Assembly (NCBI GenBank): GCA_964358005.1
Contig: CAYHNH010000001.1
Location: 11,625-75,624 of the forward strand
Source: an uncultured Candidatus Saccharibacteria bacterium
GTDB taxonomy: Bacteria; Patescibacteriota; Minisyncoccia; Phycocordibacterales; PALSA-1337
Reading direction: 5' to 3'
DNA length: 64,000 nt
Positions 45,903-55,126 of the stretch are shown here, in pieces. The notes below the pieces were generated by a model. It had not been told where the DNA came from, searched no databases, and saw only the letters and a list, made by a program, of their open reading frames with translations. The position numbers were made by a program, and so were the translations under genes. Every line of letters starts with the position of its first letter. The first letter of the stretch is position 1.

Positions 45903-46415
45903 ATGAGCTCAACACAAATCGCATCCACCACGGCAGTATCTGCATCCATATCACAGGGTATGATACTCGCCGCCATGAGACGAGAAGTCCCAAGTTTTAA
46001 ACTGCCGCCACTGGAGGAAAGGTCTGGCCAGTTCGTCACATCGCCCATTCAGGAGATCGGGATACGCGCGATCCTCCCGAGGATCTGCATGCACGGCTTC
46101 GGAGCCTTTGACGGGCCATGCACATTGTTCTTGCACAACGGTGGGAGGGGCGACATGATGAGCGGCCCAAGCTGGAGTGTCGGACCCGGCGACCATGAGT
46201 CTCTGCTTCTGAAGATCAGATTTGTCGCAGAAAACTCTAACGCAGTCATCGCCTTACCCTATTTCGAGGCGCCGGGTCGCTCGCCGGACGGATTCGAACC
46301 ACATTTGAATCTCCTGTGGATCCTTGCGGCAACGAGCCGCGACTTGATTTCCTCCATGTCCGAGCCGATAATCCGTCTATTGCTCCGAGAGAGATCGCCG
46401 TTTGCCAGAATGTGA
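45903..46415 (+). CDS. hypothetical protein (alternatively non-coding structured region)
   Basis: 170-codon ORF unlikely by chance at ~55% GC, but no RBS, unusual composition, overlapping ORFs on the opposite strand. Confidence 0.3.
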   Translation: MSSTQIASTTAVSASISQGMILAAMRREVPSFKLPPLEERSGQFVTSPIQEIGIRAILPRICMHGFGAFDGPCTLFLHNGGRGDMMSGPSWSVGPGDHESLLLKIRFVAENSNAVIALPYFEAPGRSPDGFEPHLNLLWILAATSRDLISSMSEPIIRLLLRERSPFARM

Positions 46416-46510
46416 TGTGAGGACCTGTTGGATACTCAAGAATCGCGACCGATGCAGTTTTTGCAGGAGTCGCGTTTTTTATTAACGAGTAAAGGTGCTA
46501 TTATCGGCCT

Positions 46511-47089
46511 ATGATTTCTCGTATTTCTGGCAAATTGGAGGAGGTGGGCAACAACCATTTGGTCGTAGACGTAAATGGTATTGGCTATAAGACATTCGTG
46601 ACCTCGGACACTCTGCACAACCTAAAACCGGGATTGTCAGTGAAGTTTTTCACCCACTTGGCCGTGCGGGAGAACGCGCAGGATCTTTATGGGTTCCTGA
46701 AAAAATCCGACCTAGAATTCTTCGAACTACTCATAACAGTCTCGGGCATCGGTCCAAAGTCGGCCCTCAATATACTCTCTCTAGCTTCGAGCGAGACCCT
46801 CTCCGGCGCCATACGCACCGGCTCTACCGCGCATCTCATCAAGATCTCCGGCATAGGCAAGAAGACTGCCGAGAAGATAGTCATGGAATTGAAGGACAAG
46901 ATGGAAACGATGCATAGCTATGCGTCAGGCCCAATGGGCGCCGGCATGGCCAGCGATATCGATGCCATCGAGGCCCTCCGCGCGCTCGGCTATGATGCCG
47001 AAGAATCCCGAGAAGCTCTGAAGAAGGTCGGTAAGGATGTATCTGATGTGGGCGAGAAGGTAAAGGCGGCCTTGAAAGTCCTCTCTTAA
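46511..47089 (+). CDS. ruvA: Holliday junction DNA helicase subunit RuvA
   Basis: OB domain I (MISRISGKLEEV...VDVNGIGYKTFV), HhH domain II (GIGPKSALNILS), C-terminal domain III (IEALRALGYDAEESREALKKV). Confidence 0.93.
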   Translation: MISRISGKLEEVGNNHLVVDVNGIGYKTFVTSDTLHNLKPGLSVKFFTHLAVRENAQDLYGFLKKSDLEFFELLITVSGIGPKSALNILSLASSETLSGAIRTGSTAHLIKISGIGKKTAEKIVMELKDKMETMHSYASGPMGAGMASDIDAIEALRALGYDAEESREALKKVGKDVSDVGEKVKAALKVLS

Positions 47090-47198
47090 GTCTGTGGATA
47101 GCCTCGTAGACAATTAACATGTACCTGTTACTGTATATGCAGACCTGCTACTAACTCGGATCTCCTTCCGGAGAATTGAGGACCCACAGGCGCACAAA

Positions 47199-47753
47199 AT
47201 GAAAAACTGGAGTTACCATCACCCATGGCGCTTCGCGGGGCTATTGCTAGCCCTCGCTGCAGCCGCTCCGATCGCAGTCGCGATCGACAGCGCTGTGAAC
47301 CAAGCCCCCGACGGCAAGAACCTCATGATCGCCGCGGCGCCCGACACGTCATGTCCGACGTCGGCTGCGCTCGAGCCGATCAGCGTTACGGCGGAAACCA
47401 CGGCCACCCTCGCCATCGCTTCGGCGAAGAGTGACCGCAGCATCACGACGATTACGGGCGCGATTGATGGCATCGCCAATGAAGGAGGTGCTGCGCTCGG
47501 CGCGGAGCAGACTGCGTGTGTCGTCAACGACTTGCGCGCCACGTCCTCCGGCACCAGCGTCAACGGCACTACGAGCAATATCACGCTCAGCTCGAACGCC
47601 TTCTCCGCCACCGTCATCGCCACCGCATCGTCCACCGCGGGCAGTCCCATCAACACCGTTCGGTTCACGAACGGCCCCAACTTCGCCGGCGCCACCAACG
47701 CACCGACGAACAACCGCTCCCTCCTCGACCAGGAGGTGAACGAAATTGTCTGA
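47199..47753 (+). CDS. hypothetical secreted Ala/Thr/Ser/Gly-rich protein in a ~65% GC island
   Basis: Signal peptide (RFAGLLLALAAAAPIAVAI), low-complexity remainder; strong plus-strand terminator downstream. High GC creates long ORFs on both strands, so strand is not fully certain. Confidence 0.45.
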   Translation: MKNWSYHHPWRFAGLLLALAAAAPIAVAIDSAVNQAPDGKNLMIAAAPDTSCPTSAALEPISVTAETTATLAIASAKSDRSITTITGAIDGIANEGGAALGAEQTACVVNDLRATSSGTSVNGTTSNITLSSNAFSATVIATASSTAGSPINTVRFTNGPNFAGATNAPTNNRSLLDQEVNEIV

Positions 47754-47778
47754 CCGGGCCACTCGGAAGAGGGCCCAA

Positions 47779-47810
47779 CGCTCTGCGACCTTCGCAGAGC
47801 GGTTTTTATT
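47779..47810 (+). terminator. rho-independent terminator
   Basis: CGCTCTGCG-acctt-CGCAGAGCG 9-bp stem followed by GTTTTTATTT. Confidence 0.65.
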
Positions 47811-47857
47811 TAATAGGGATAATTCATTTTATATAACAGCTAGCAAATAGCCCCAAA

Positions 47858-49120
47858 ATGGGCCATACTAATGCCATGCTCGACGAAACGCTCATAAGGA
47901 TAAAACGATTAATACCGGCCTCCATTTTCAGCTTTTTTCAGCCAGCATATCACTGGACTCTGTCATTTCTGGCTGCTCTCGTATACGGCTTCCCTTCCAA
48001 AAAGATAAATGTCATTGCTGTCACCGGCACCAAGGGCAAAAGTTCCACTACAGAGATATTGAACGCTATATTAGAGAAGGCAGGCCATAGGACCGCCCTT
48101 TCGAACACAATCCGTTTCAAGATTGGCGATGAGTCGCACAGGAATCTGTTCAAGATGAGCATGCCGGGGAGGTTTTCGATGCAGAAGCTCATCAGGCAAG
48201 CGGTCAACGACCACTGTGAATACTTTATATGCGAGATGACTTCTCAGGGCTCTCTCCTCCACCGCCATAAATTCATTGACATAAATATTTTAATATTCAC
48301 TAATCTATCGCCAGAGCACATAGAGGCACATGGATCATACGAAAATTATGCCAAAGCCAAACTAGATATCGCAAAAAGCCTAGAAAATTCGCGCAAAAGA
48401 GAGACGACCATCATCGTGAATGCCGATGACAAGGAGAGCGCACGATTTTTATCCTTTAATGTCAATAAAAAAATACCGTACAGTCTGAAGGACGCCTCCC
48501 GGCCTCTATACGAAACAAAACTGCCCGGCATATTCAACCAGTACAACATCCTGGCCGCCGCGACTTGTGCAAAGAACGAGGGCGTCCCAGACAATGTCAT
48601 CGCCGAAGCTATCACAGAGTTCCGGCACATCCCCGGCCGCGTCGAGAAGATCGAAGCAGGACAGGACTTCACGGTGATAGTCGACTATGCCCACACCGCC
48701 GACTCTCTGGAAAAGCTTTACAAAATATTCGATGGGAAGAGGAGGGTCGCCGTCCTCGGCGGCACAGGCGGCGGGCGCGACACTTCAAAGCGCGCGATCA
48801 TGGGCGCCCTGGCCGACAAATACTGCGACCTGATCATCCTCACGAACGAAGACCCCTACGATGAGGATCCGCAGAAGATAATAGACGATGTAGCGAAAGG
48901 CATTATCACAAAAAAGCCTCTCATCATCATGGATCGCCGACTGGCCATACGCGAAGCCATCCGTCAGGCCAAGCCAGGCGATGTCGTCCTCATCACTGGA
49001 AAAGGCACCGACCCGTTTATCATGGGGCCGCTAGGCACAAAGGTCCCCTGGAGCGACGCCGACATCGCGCGCGAGGAGCTTATTGCGGCGAGGAATATAT
49101 CCTATTCAACGTCTCGATAG
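47858..49120 (+). CDS. murE: Mur ligase, MurE-like, with a very short N-terminal region
   Basis: P-loop VIAVTGTKGKSSTT at residue ~57; central and C-terminal domains align with MurE (IVDYAHTADSLEKL, VLGGTGGGRDTSKR, LTNEDPYDEDP, GDVVLITGKG); only ~50 aa precede the P-loop. Confidence 0.7.
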   Translation: MGHTNAMLDETLIRIKRLIPASIFSFFQPAYHWTLSFLAALVYGFPSKKINVIAVTGTKGKSSTTEILNAILEKAGHRTALSNTIRFKIGDESHRNLFKMSMPGRFSMQKLIRQAVNDHCEYFICEMTSQGSLLHRHKFIDINILIFTNLSPEHIEAHGSYENYAKAKLDIAKSLENSRKRETTIIVNADDKESARFLSFNVNKKIPYSLKDASRPLYETKLPGIFNQYNILAAATCAKNEGVPDNVIAEAITEFRHIPGRVEKIEAGQDFTVIVDYAHTADSLEKLYKIFDGKRRVAVLGGTGGGRDTSKRAIMGALADKYCDLIILTNEDPYDEDPQKIIDDVAKGIITKKPLIIMDRRLAIREAIRQAKPGDVVLITGKGTDPFIMGPLGTKVPWSDADIAREELIAARNISYSTSR

Positions 49121-50342
49121 TCCTTGGACCAGCCACATCCTTTTCATCATCTATACCGAACTTCTGCTGGAAGGCCTTGAGAGCCGACTTGGTGCATAGA
49201 CCGAGCTTGCCCGTGCGAGGACATTCATTCGGAGTCGAGCCTGGCGGCGGATACACCCCGTCTAATATGAGGGCCGTCTGGAGAGCAAAAACGTCCTGTG
49301 GGGAGTCATCTTTACCATCGAGCGGCTCCGTCCACCTATATGGCAGAGTCAGAGTATCGAAAGACTTGCTCACGGCATACAAATTCGGCGTATCGAAAAA
49401 ATCCAGAAGACCCAGATAGGTCTCATAGGCTATCTCCTTGAGATATAGCGGCCGGAGCTTCGGATCGTTGAGCTGCGGCTCGTATATGTAGGCGAACTCT
49501 ATGAGCATGCTGGCGGCATCGACGGAATTGTATGAGCCTATGGCAATAAGATCCTGTTCTTCGACGATGCCAGCCCTCTCGCCCGGAAGATTCGAGACCG
49601 GATTGTATTTCGCCAGGCGCTTGTAGACCGTGTTGGCTATAGCCTTGGTCGTAGTGCTGTTGAAATACTGTTGTTCTGGTACATATATCGAGAAGCCTGT
49701 GTACTTGCCCGGGTTAGGTCCGTTCTTCCTGGGGTAATCATTGAAGTGTATGTGAACAGCTATGTCTATATCGTTCTCGTTGACCCATTTGTTGATGCCG
49801 TGTAGACGGAGGCCTATCGTCGGATTGACCGTATTGTGATACACGGCCGGCACGACCGATGATAGCCCCCCGACCTCGACAAGCTTCTTCACCGCGTCCC
49901 TGTTAGCCTTCTGCCATTCTATTATTTCCGTCCATCCTGCCTTGAAGTAATTCGCGAACTCTGGAGACCAGGCGGCCTTGTTCCTGGTCGTGAACACTTC
50001 ATATCGGTCATTGCTCTTGAAAAAACCCATTAGGTTCTCGGCAACCTCGACATTGAGGTAGCGCTCTTTGAGATCCTTGTATTCGGCCCCTCCGTAGGCG
50101 GGCTCGTGGCCAGGCACTATGAGCACGCGGATCTTCTTGTTGCCGGGAATATTCGCCAGCGCGTAATCAGACTTCAACTGTTCCACAGTCACCGGCTTGC
50201 GGGCGAGAATGACAGCGGCGATCTGTTCCCCGACCGAGCCTATCGCCGAAAGTATAGTGTCAGTGGCCGCCGGGTAATTCACGCCGAACCATGGCGCTAC
50301 GAAGATAGCCAGAATGACAAGAACGGCGACATAGTAGCGCAT
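49080..50342 (-). CDS. N-acetylmuramoyl-L-alanine amidase (Amidase_3-like) with C-terminal peptidoglycan-binding domain
   Basis: Signal anchor; VLIVPGHEPAYGGAEY and IAVHIHFNDYP metal-binding regions; C-terminal PG_binding_1-like repeat; 41-nt convergent overlap with murE-like gene. Confidence 0.75.
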   Translation of the reverse strand: MRYYVAVLVILAIFVAPWFGVNYPAATDTILSAIGSVGEQIAAVILARKPVTVEQLKSDYALANIPGNKKIRVLIVPGHEPAYGGAEYKDLKERYLNVEVAENLMGFFKSNDRYEVFTTRNKAAWSPEFANYFKAGWTEIIEWQKANRDAVKKLVEVGGLSSVVPAVYHNTVNPTIGLRLHGINKWVNENDIDIAVHIHFNDYPRKNGPNPGKYTGFSIYVPEQQYFNSTTTKAIANTVYKRLAKYNPVSNLPGERAGIVEEQDLIAIGSYNSVDAASMLIEFAYIYEPQLNDPKLRPLYLKEIAYETYLGLLDFFDTPNLYAVSKSFDTLTLPYRWTEPLDGKDDSPQDVFALQTALILDGVYPPPGSTPNECPRTGKLGLCTKSALKAFQQKFGIDDEKDVAGPRTIETLNRIYSSPQ

Positions 50343-50369
50343 ATGTGTTAGATTTTAGCACATCTAAAT

Positions 50370-51314
50370 ATGCCCGAGCTCCCGGAAGTACAAACGACAG
50401 TGAACGGCTTGAATGCGAATATCCGCGGCCTAAAGATTCTGGATGTTTGGACTGACTATGACAGCAAGTTCTATCGCGGCAAGGACTCGATAAAGGATCC
50501 GGCCTATTTCAGGCATTTCAAAAAGGCGGTTACAGGAGCGACCATAGAGAAAGTCGACCGGATAGCTAAAAATATCCTGATCAGCATCAAAAAAGGCTCC
50601 GTGGGGAGCGTCATCCTGATCCACATGAAGATGACCGGGCACATAATGATCGGAAAGTACGCATTCGATCCGGCCGGAAAGATGGGTACATGGAAACCTG
50701 CCCCCGGCGAGCGAGCCTCCCTCTCCGATCCGTATAATCGCTTCATCCATTTCGTCATCTCGCTGTCGAACAAGAAGCACGTAGTACTGTCCGACACTCG
50801 TAAATTCGCCAAGGTCACGCTCATCCCGGAATCAGAATTGTCTAGGACCGTCCATCTCGCGGACATCGGGCCTGATCCAATGGATAAAAAGTTCACTCTC
50901 GGACTTTTCAAAGAGCGCCTCAGCAGCCGACCGACAGGCAGGATAAAGAATGTGCTCATGGACCCGACGGTCATCGCCGGCGTCGGGAATATCTACAGCG
51001 ACGAAGCCCTCTGGCGAGCCGGCATCCATCCCGAGGAACCAACTCAGAACATCCCGGACATCAGTCTGAAGATCTTGTACAAGTCTCTGCTCGCAGTCCT
51101 CGTGAAAGGCATAGATTTTGGCGGCGATTCGATGTCTGATTATAGGAACACCGATGGCGAGCGCGGCAAATTCCAAGAACACCACAAAGTCTACCAGCGC
51201 CGCGGCGAGAGATGCAGTAAGCCCCGCTGCAAGGGCACCGTCATCCGTAAGATGGTCGGCGGCCGTAGCGCGCATTTCTGCGATGAGCACCAGAAGTTGC
51301 TCGTTAACCGTTAG
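50370..51314 (+). CDS. mutM: formamidopyrimidine-DNA glycosylase (Fpg/Nei family)
   Basis: N-terminal MPELPEV catalytic motif, H2TH region, C-terminal zinc finger (CSKPRCKGTVIRKMVGGRSAHFCDEHQ). Confidence 0.9.
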   Translation: MPELPEVQTTVNGLNANIRGLKILDVWTDYDSKFYRGKDSIKDPAYFRHFKKAVTGATIEKVDRIAKNILISIKKGSVGSVILIHMKMTGHIMIGKYAFDPAGKMGTWKPAPGERASLSDPYNRFIHFVISLSNKKHVVLSDTRKFAKVTLIPESELSRTVHLADIGPDPMDKKFTLGLFKERLSSRPTGRIKNVLMDPTVIAGVGNIYSDEALWRAGIHPEEPTQNIPDISLKILYKSLLAVLVKGIDFGGDSMSDYRNTDGERGKFQEHHKVYQRRGERCSKPRCKGTVIRKMVGGRSAHFCDEHQKLLVNR

Positions 51315-52216
51315 AATTCTTTCAGCCTGGCTTTTGTCTTGTTTAGAATACCCAAAAAGGCCGGGTTCCCAGGTTTTTTCGTCACCTCGGCGATAGCCGA
51401 CTCCAGAGCCTCCTTGGCAGTTTTTATTGCCATCTCATAAAGTTCCGCCGCTTTTTCGTTCTGTGATATTTTCTGAAGAACGGCCAAGACCCCGTTCCAG
51501 TTATCCTCAAGCTGAGCCGGGGTGCTGTCTATATGCCATCGTAAGATATAACCGTCGCCGTCAAACGGCTCAGTGAGCATTAGATCTTCCGCATCTCTGT
51601 ACTCCCTCAAATACCCTGCTCTCGCGACAGTAAGATATTTCTCAAGCTTGGAGACCGACTGGGACAGGGACATATAGCTCTGGCTCCCGAGATGCTTGTA
51701 TTCATCTACGATCGTAGAGAGGTTGCCCATGAGCTCAAGAACTCGGTCATCTTGCACTGAGTCGAGATCATATTCCTTTTGGAACTGCTCAGTGACCGAG
51801 GCCATGACCTTCTCTAGCCCTGCCGCCTGGCCCTTAGTCAAAGTCTGCGGTTCGAGCGCCTGAAGATAGGCGACAAATTTCGATCCATTTGCAATGTCCA
51901 CTCGGAGTTCCTTCACCCGAAGGCCGCCTGAATCGTCACCGATCATCATGTTGGTGTCGGCTGACGCCAAAGCTAGACCTGTCGCCTCCAGGATAGGCTT
52001 AGCTTCTTCCTTCAATTCCTCCAGAGTGAGCAGACTGTCGGCTTTTTGTTCATCCAGATCCATGCCAGCACTCTCGTTAGGCAAGCCCTTGAGAAAGGCC
52101 AGGCCCGCCATTCTGCCGGCGCTAAACCTCTCGTTATAAGAAGCGACGAGCTCCATCAGTTTGCCTGTATCGATCTTTGACAGCCAAGCCTCTTTTCCGG
52201 GAGTTGTTTCGCTCAT
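51311..52216 (-). CDS. hypothetical protein
   Basis: ~300 aa, no family recognised; start set at MSETTPGKEAW. Confidence 0.5.
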   Translation of the reverse strand: MSETTPGKEAWLSKIDTGKLMELVASYNERFSAGRMAGLAFLKGLPNESAGMDLDEQKADSLLTLEELKEEAKPILEATGLALASADTNMMIGDDSGGLRVKELRVDIANGSKFVAYLQALEPQTLTKGQAAGLEKVMASVTEQFQKEYDLDSVQDDRVLELMGNLSTIVDEYKHLGSQSYMSLSQSVSKLEKYLTVARAGYLREYRDAEDLMLTEPFDGDGYILRWHIDSTPAQLEDNWNGVLAVLQKISQNEKAAELYEMAIKTAKEALESAIAEVTKKPGNPAFLGILNKTKARLKEF

Positions 52217-52232
52217 GGCTTGATTATAACAC

Positions 52233-52712
52233 CTATCGATCAATGACCCTGTACAAAAAAATTCCCGCGGCAACAGAGACATTCAGGGATTCCTTTTTAC
52301 CTTTTAATGGAATTTCCGCTATCACATCTGAAGCTTTTAATAGGCCTCCCGAGACCCCACCGATCTCCGAACCTAAAATGATCAGGGTCTTATCGCTCAC
52401 CTCCACTTTTTTATAGTCAGTCGACGCTCTAGCCTGCTCCAAGGCTAATATCTCAAAGCTCTCTTTTTTGAGCTTCTTTATCAGGTCTATTCCATTTCCA
52501 GCGACATGCTCCCACAGGACCATCCCCTCCGCGCCAAGCGCTACTTTCGCAAAATCCGTGCGTTTGCGGCCAAAACGGTCAACCGGCGTCGGCGTCGTAC
52601 CCAGACAATATATCCTAGAAATACCTAGTGTTTCAGCCGTTCTGAAGATGGAGCCGACGTTGTGTACGCTCCTTATATTATCTAGCAGTAGTCGTACGTC
52701 TCGCTTCATCAT
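52233..52712 (-). CDS. SpoU-family tRNA/rRNA 2-prime-O-methyltransferase (TrmL/TrmH-like)
   Basis: 159 aa; SPOUT motifs (LLLDNIRSVHNVGSIFRTAE, LIILGSEIGGVS, LNVSVAAGIFLYRV). Confidence 0.85.
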   Translation of the reverse strand: MMKRDVRLLLDNIRSVHNVGSIFRTAETLGISRIYCLGTTPTPVDRFGRKRTDFAKVALGAEGMVLWEHVAGNGIDLIKKLKKESFEILALEQARASTDYKKVEVSDKTLIILGSEIGGVSGGLLKASDVIAEIPLKGKKESLNVSVAAGIFLYRVIDR

Positions 52713-52718
52713 ATACTT

Positions 52719-53108
52719 ATGACATTATCATATAAATCAATCAGCATGCTCTCTCTATTTCCAACACTGCTCTCATGGGAAGAATTGGCCCCTTTGCTCA
52801 TCCGCCTCGTTCTCGGCGCTATTTTCATTTATTGGAGCTACAAAAGGCTTAGCGACAAGTCGGGCTCCGGAAGGTCTAAGGCTATCGGTGCTGTCGACGG
52901 CATCCTGGCCGTCCTGCTAGTCATCGGTCTCTGGACACAGCTTGCGGCTATCATCGTGGCCATAGACCTCATCGTGCGCATAATAAAGAAAGTGACAGAG
53001 AAGGCTTTCCTGACACAGGGCGTGAATTACTACCTAGTGCTCCTAGTCCTCGCCATATCGCTCATAGTGAGCGGCGCGGGCTGGGTAGCATTCGACCTCG
53101 GGCTATAA
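52719..53108 (+). CDS. DoxX-family membrane protein
   Basis: 129 aa, 4 TM helices, DoxX-like N-terminus (LIRLVLGAIFIYWSYKRL). Confidence 0.65.
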   Translation: MTLSYKSISMLSLFPTLLSWEELAPLLIRLVLGAIFIYWSYKRLSDKSGSGRSKAIGAVDGILAVLLVIGLWTQLAAIIVAIDLIVRIIKKVTEKAFLTQGVNYYLVLLVLAISLIVSGAGWVAFDLGL

Positions 53109-53119
53109 TACACACTCAT

Positions 53120-53422
53120 ATGATGAACCCACACAGCCAGTCCGAATCAGCCCGCTTGATAGCGGAGCTCAAAGCAGAGATCGCGAAAGATCAGACAGAG
53201 ATAACGCTCGAGACGCCAAAGCTGAGGAGGATCGAACAAGAGATCGCCAAAGAAGAGGCTGAACTGGCCAAGAAAAAACAGGAGCTAGACAGAAAGAAGG
53301 TCGAGGGACTTCACGAACATCAGCATATTGATCAATTGAAAGCGGACCTGGCTCACAGTCAGCGTGAGTTCGCAGACCTCGGCAGGCAGATACAGCAGAT
53401 GGGATTCGGTAAGGCTGCTTAG
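53120..53422 (+). CDS. hypothetical coiled-coil protein
   Basis: 100 aa, heptad-rich, Glu/Lys-rich. Confidence 0.5.
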   Translation: MMNPHSQSESARLIAELKAEIAKDQTEITLETPKLRRIEQEIAKEEAELAKKKQELDRKKVEGLHEHQHIDQLKADLAHSQREFADLGRQIQQMGFGKAA

Positions 53423-53441
53423 CGCATTTAGATCCTGCCGT

Positions 53442-53660
53442 TCATCTTGTTCCCTTCATCCTAACCAGCTCTACAAGGGCAGACAAGATAAAAACAGCTT
53501 GTAAAACCGAGAATATGACATTCTCGATGCTGATACTGTAAACAAACAACAGGACGCCTCCGATGACAAAAAGGATGTCCTGTTTTTTCTCTATCTTCAC
53601 CCAGATAGCCATGGAGATGATGATCAAACCGATTATCCCTAGAATTGTTGGCGTGTCCAT
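53442..53660 (-). CDS. possible small 2-TM membrane protein
   Basis: 72 aa, two hydrophobic helices. Confidence 0.35.
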   Translation of the reverse strand: MDTPTILGIIGLIIISMAIWVKIEKKQDILFVIGGVLLFVYSISIENVIFSVLQAVFILSALVELVRMKGTR

Positions 53661-53672
53661 ATCTGAAGAATA

Positions 53673-54320
53673 TCACGACTTAGCTCTCCGAGAGGACAGC
53701 CAGTGATGATGTAGGATTATGTAAAGGCAGACGCTCAAAGCCGCATCGAAAAGACACCAGACAGACGCCGCTGTCGTCCACGATATCGCGAGAGTCGCGC
53801 CAGCGAGCAGTAAGGCCAGAACACCCAGAACCTGGAAAGCCCTCTTGCTTGAAACCAGAAGACCGCCGACTGTCGCGGTCATATAGAAGACAAAATCCAG
53901 GCGCCAATAGAATGGTCCTGGTGGATTGTAGAAGATGTGCTGGCCAATCACTTGGACATCAAGAGGTACGGTAAACAGCTTGTATGTGAACCATGCGGCT
54001 ACCAATGCGCCGAGCCAGACAAAAAACCTGATGATGTGCCTTCGGGGTCGATCGATCAGATAAACGATGAGAGGTATGAGCACCGGCCACACGATGAGAG
54101 CAAAGAAAAGGAATCCGTACGCTGCCGAGCGGCAAACCAACCCTTGATCGAGATACATCCATTGGATACCCTCTATCGCCTGCTGGATTGCGAAAAGCAG
54201 CGGCACAGCTGCCAATATCTTTTGTCTCTTCGGGGCTATCGCAAGAGATGTCGCCCCGACAACAGCCAGCCCGGCACTAGCCGCAAAACTTACTGACATG
54301 GACATGCACATGCCGAACAT
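53673..54320 (-). CDS. hypothetical polytopic membrane protein
   Basis: 6-7 predicted TM helices; start trimmed to an internal Met so it does not overlap tRNA-Lys. Confidence 0.5.
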   Translation of the reverse strand: MFGMCMSMSVSFAASAGLAVVGATSLAIAPKRQKILAAVPLLFAIQQAIEGIQWMYLDQGLVCRSAAYGFLFFALIVWPVLIPLIVYLIDRPRRHIIRFFVWLGALVAAWFTYKLFTVPLDVQVIGQHIFYNPPGPFYWRLDFVFYMTATVGGLLVSSKRAFQVLGVLALLLAGATLAISWTTAASVWCLFDAALSVCLYIILHHHWLSSRRAKS

Positions 54321-54338
54321 TATACAACACCGAATTTG

Positions 54339-54411
54339 TGCGCCCAGTTGGAGTCGAACCAACGACCCACTCCTTAAAAGGGAGTTGCTCTACCAGCTGA
54401 GCTATGGGCGC
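54339..54411 (-). tRNA. tRNA-Lys (anticodon TTT)
   Basis: Acceptor GCGCCCA/TGGGCGC, anticodon arm ACTCC-CTTTTAA-GGAGT, T-arm GTTGG-TTCGACT-CCAAC. Confidence 0.92.
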
Positions 54412-54498
54412 GAGTGAGGGGCAAGCCGGGAAGTCCTACTTCTCGGCTTGGACCGAACGAAGCGCCTATATCGAAGATATGGGCGCAACGCAATCTGT

Positions 54499-55125
54499 CT
54501 ATTTTGAAAGAATCAGCCGTTCGATACCCAGCTCCAGATCAACTAGGCCACGGTGACCGTCATGGTACAAGGTGACGAGCTCCCTAGCAAGTTTCTTCGC
54601 CCCGATCGTCTTGGCCTTCCAGAAGAGCATGCCTATGATGGCCTCGGATTCCGTCCCGCTGTCCACCGCTTGCCTATATAGAGACCAGGCCTTGAATGAA
54701 TCTCCCTTCGCCACGGCATCGCCCAGAGCGAAGACATTAGGCGCTCCCGGGCCGAATGCCGGGGCTTTCGGCTTCTCGCAAGCCACCGTTTTGTCGGCGC
54801 TCTTGTCGACGGCCTTCTTGAGCTCGGCATTGAGCTTGCCTTCCAAGACGATGAAGATATTCGCCGATTCCTGCATCGCTCCCATGAGGCTGGCCAGCTC
54901 TTCTTTGGCCTCGGCGTTCTCGGTGACACGATCCAGGAAGACTATGTATTTGCTAGAGAATAATCCCTGACCACCGAGATGGCCCTCGATCATGGATCTA
55001 TTCCAAGCGTCGGCCTCGATCCTTTCGTAGGATGCATCAGGCTTCTTTGTACGCAACGAATCCACCAAGGAGCGGGCTTTAACTCCAGCCTGAGCCACAT
55101 CAGTTCCATGAAAGACGTAGAGCAT
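54499..55125 (-). CDS. hypothetical protein, possibly DNA polymerase III delta (HolA) N-terminal-domain-like
   Basis: 208 aa immediately downstream of polA (2-nt gap); N-terminal pattern MLYVFHGTD...IVFLDR resembles the HolA N-domain; weak. Confidence 0.35.
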   Translation of the reverse strand: MLYVFHGTDVAQAGVKARSLVDSLRTKKPDASYERIEADAWNRSMIEGHLGGQGLFSSKYIVFLDRVTENAEAKEELASLMGAMQESANIFIVLEGKLNAELKKAVDKSADKTVACEKPKAPAFGPGAPNVFALGDAVAKGDSFKAWSLYRQAVDSGTESEAIIGMLFWKAKTIGAKKLARELVTLYHDGHRGLVDLELGIERLILSK

Positions 55126-55126
55126 A

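Noticed and set aside
45980-46200. RNase P RNA (P4-like motifs GGAGGAAAGGTCTGGCC and GGACCCGGCGACC)
   Set aside because: Motifs are imperfect (extra G, no complementary P4 pairing) and only ~180 nt apart versus ~270-300 nt expected; reported only as ambiguous.
46285-46300. tRNA/tmRNA-like T-loop string GGATTCGAACC
   Set aside because: No flanking 5-bp T-stem or acceptor-stem complementarity on either strand; isolated coincidence.
47219-47762. Minus-strand ORFs (164 and 137 aa) in the 65% GC island
   Set aside because: High GC suppresses stop codons on all frames; signal peptide and terminator orientation support the plus-strand gene.
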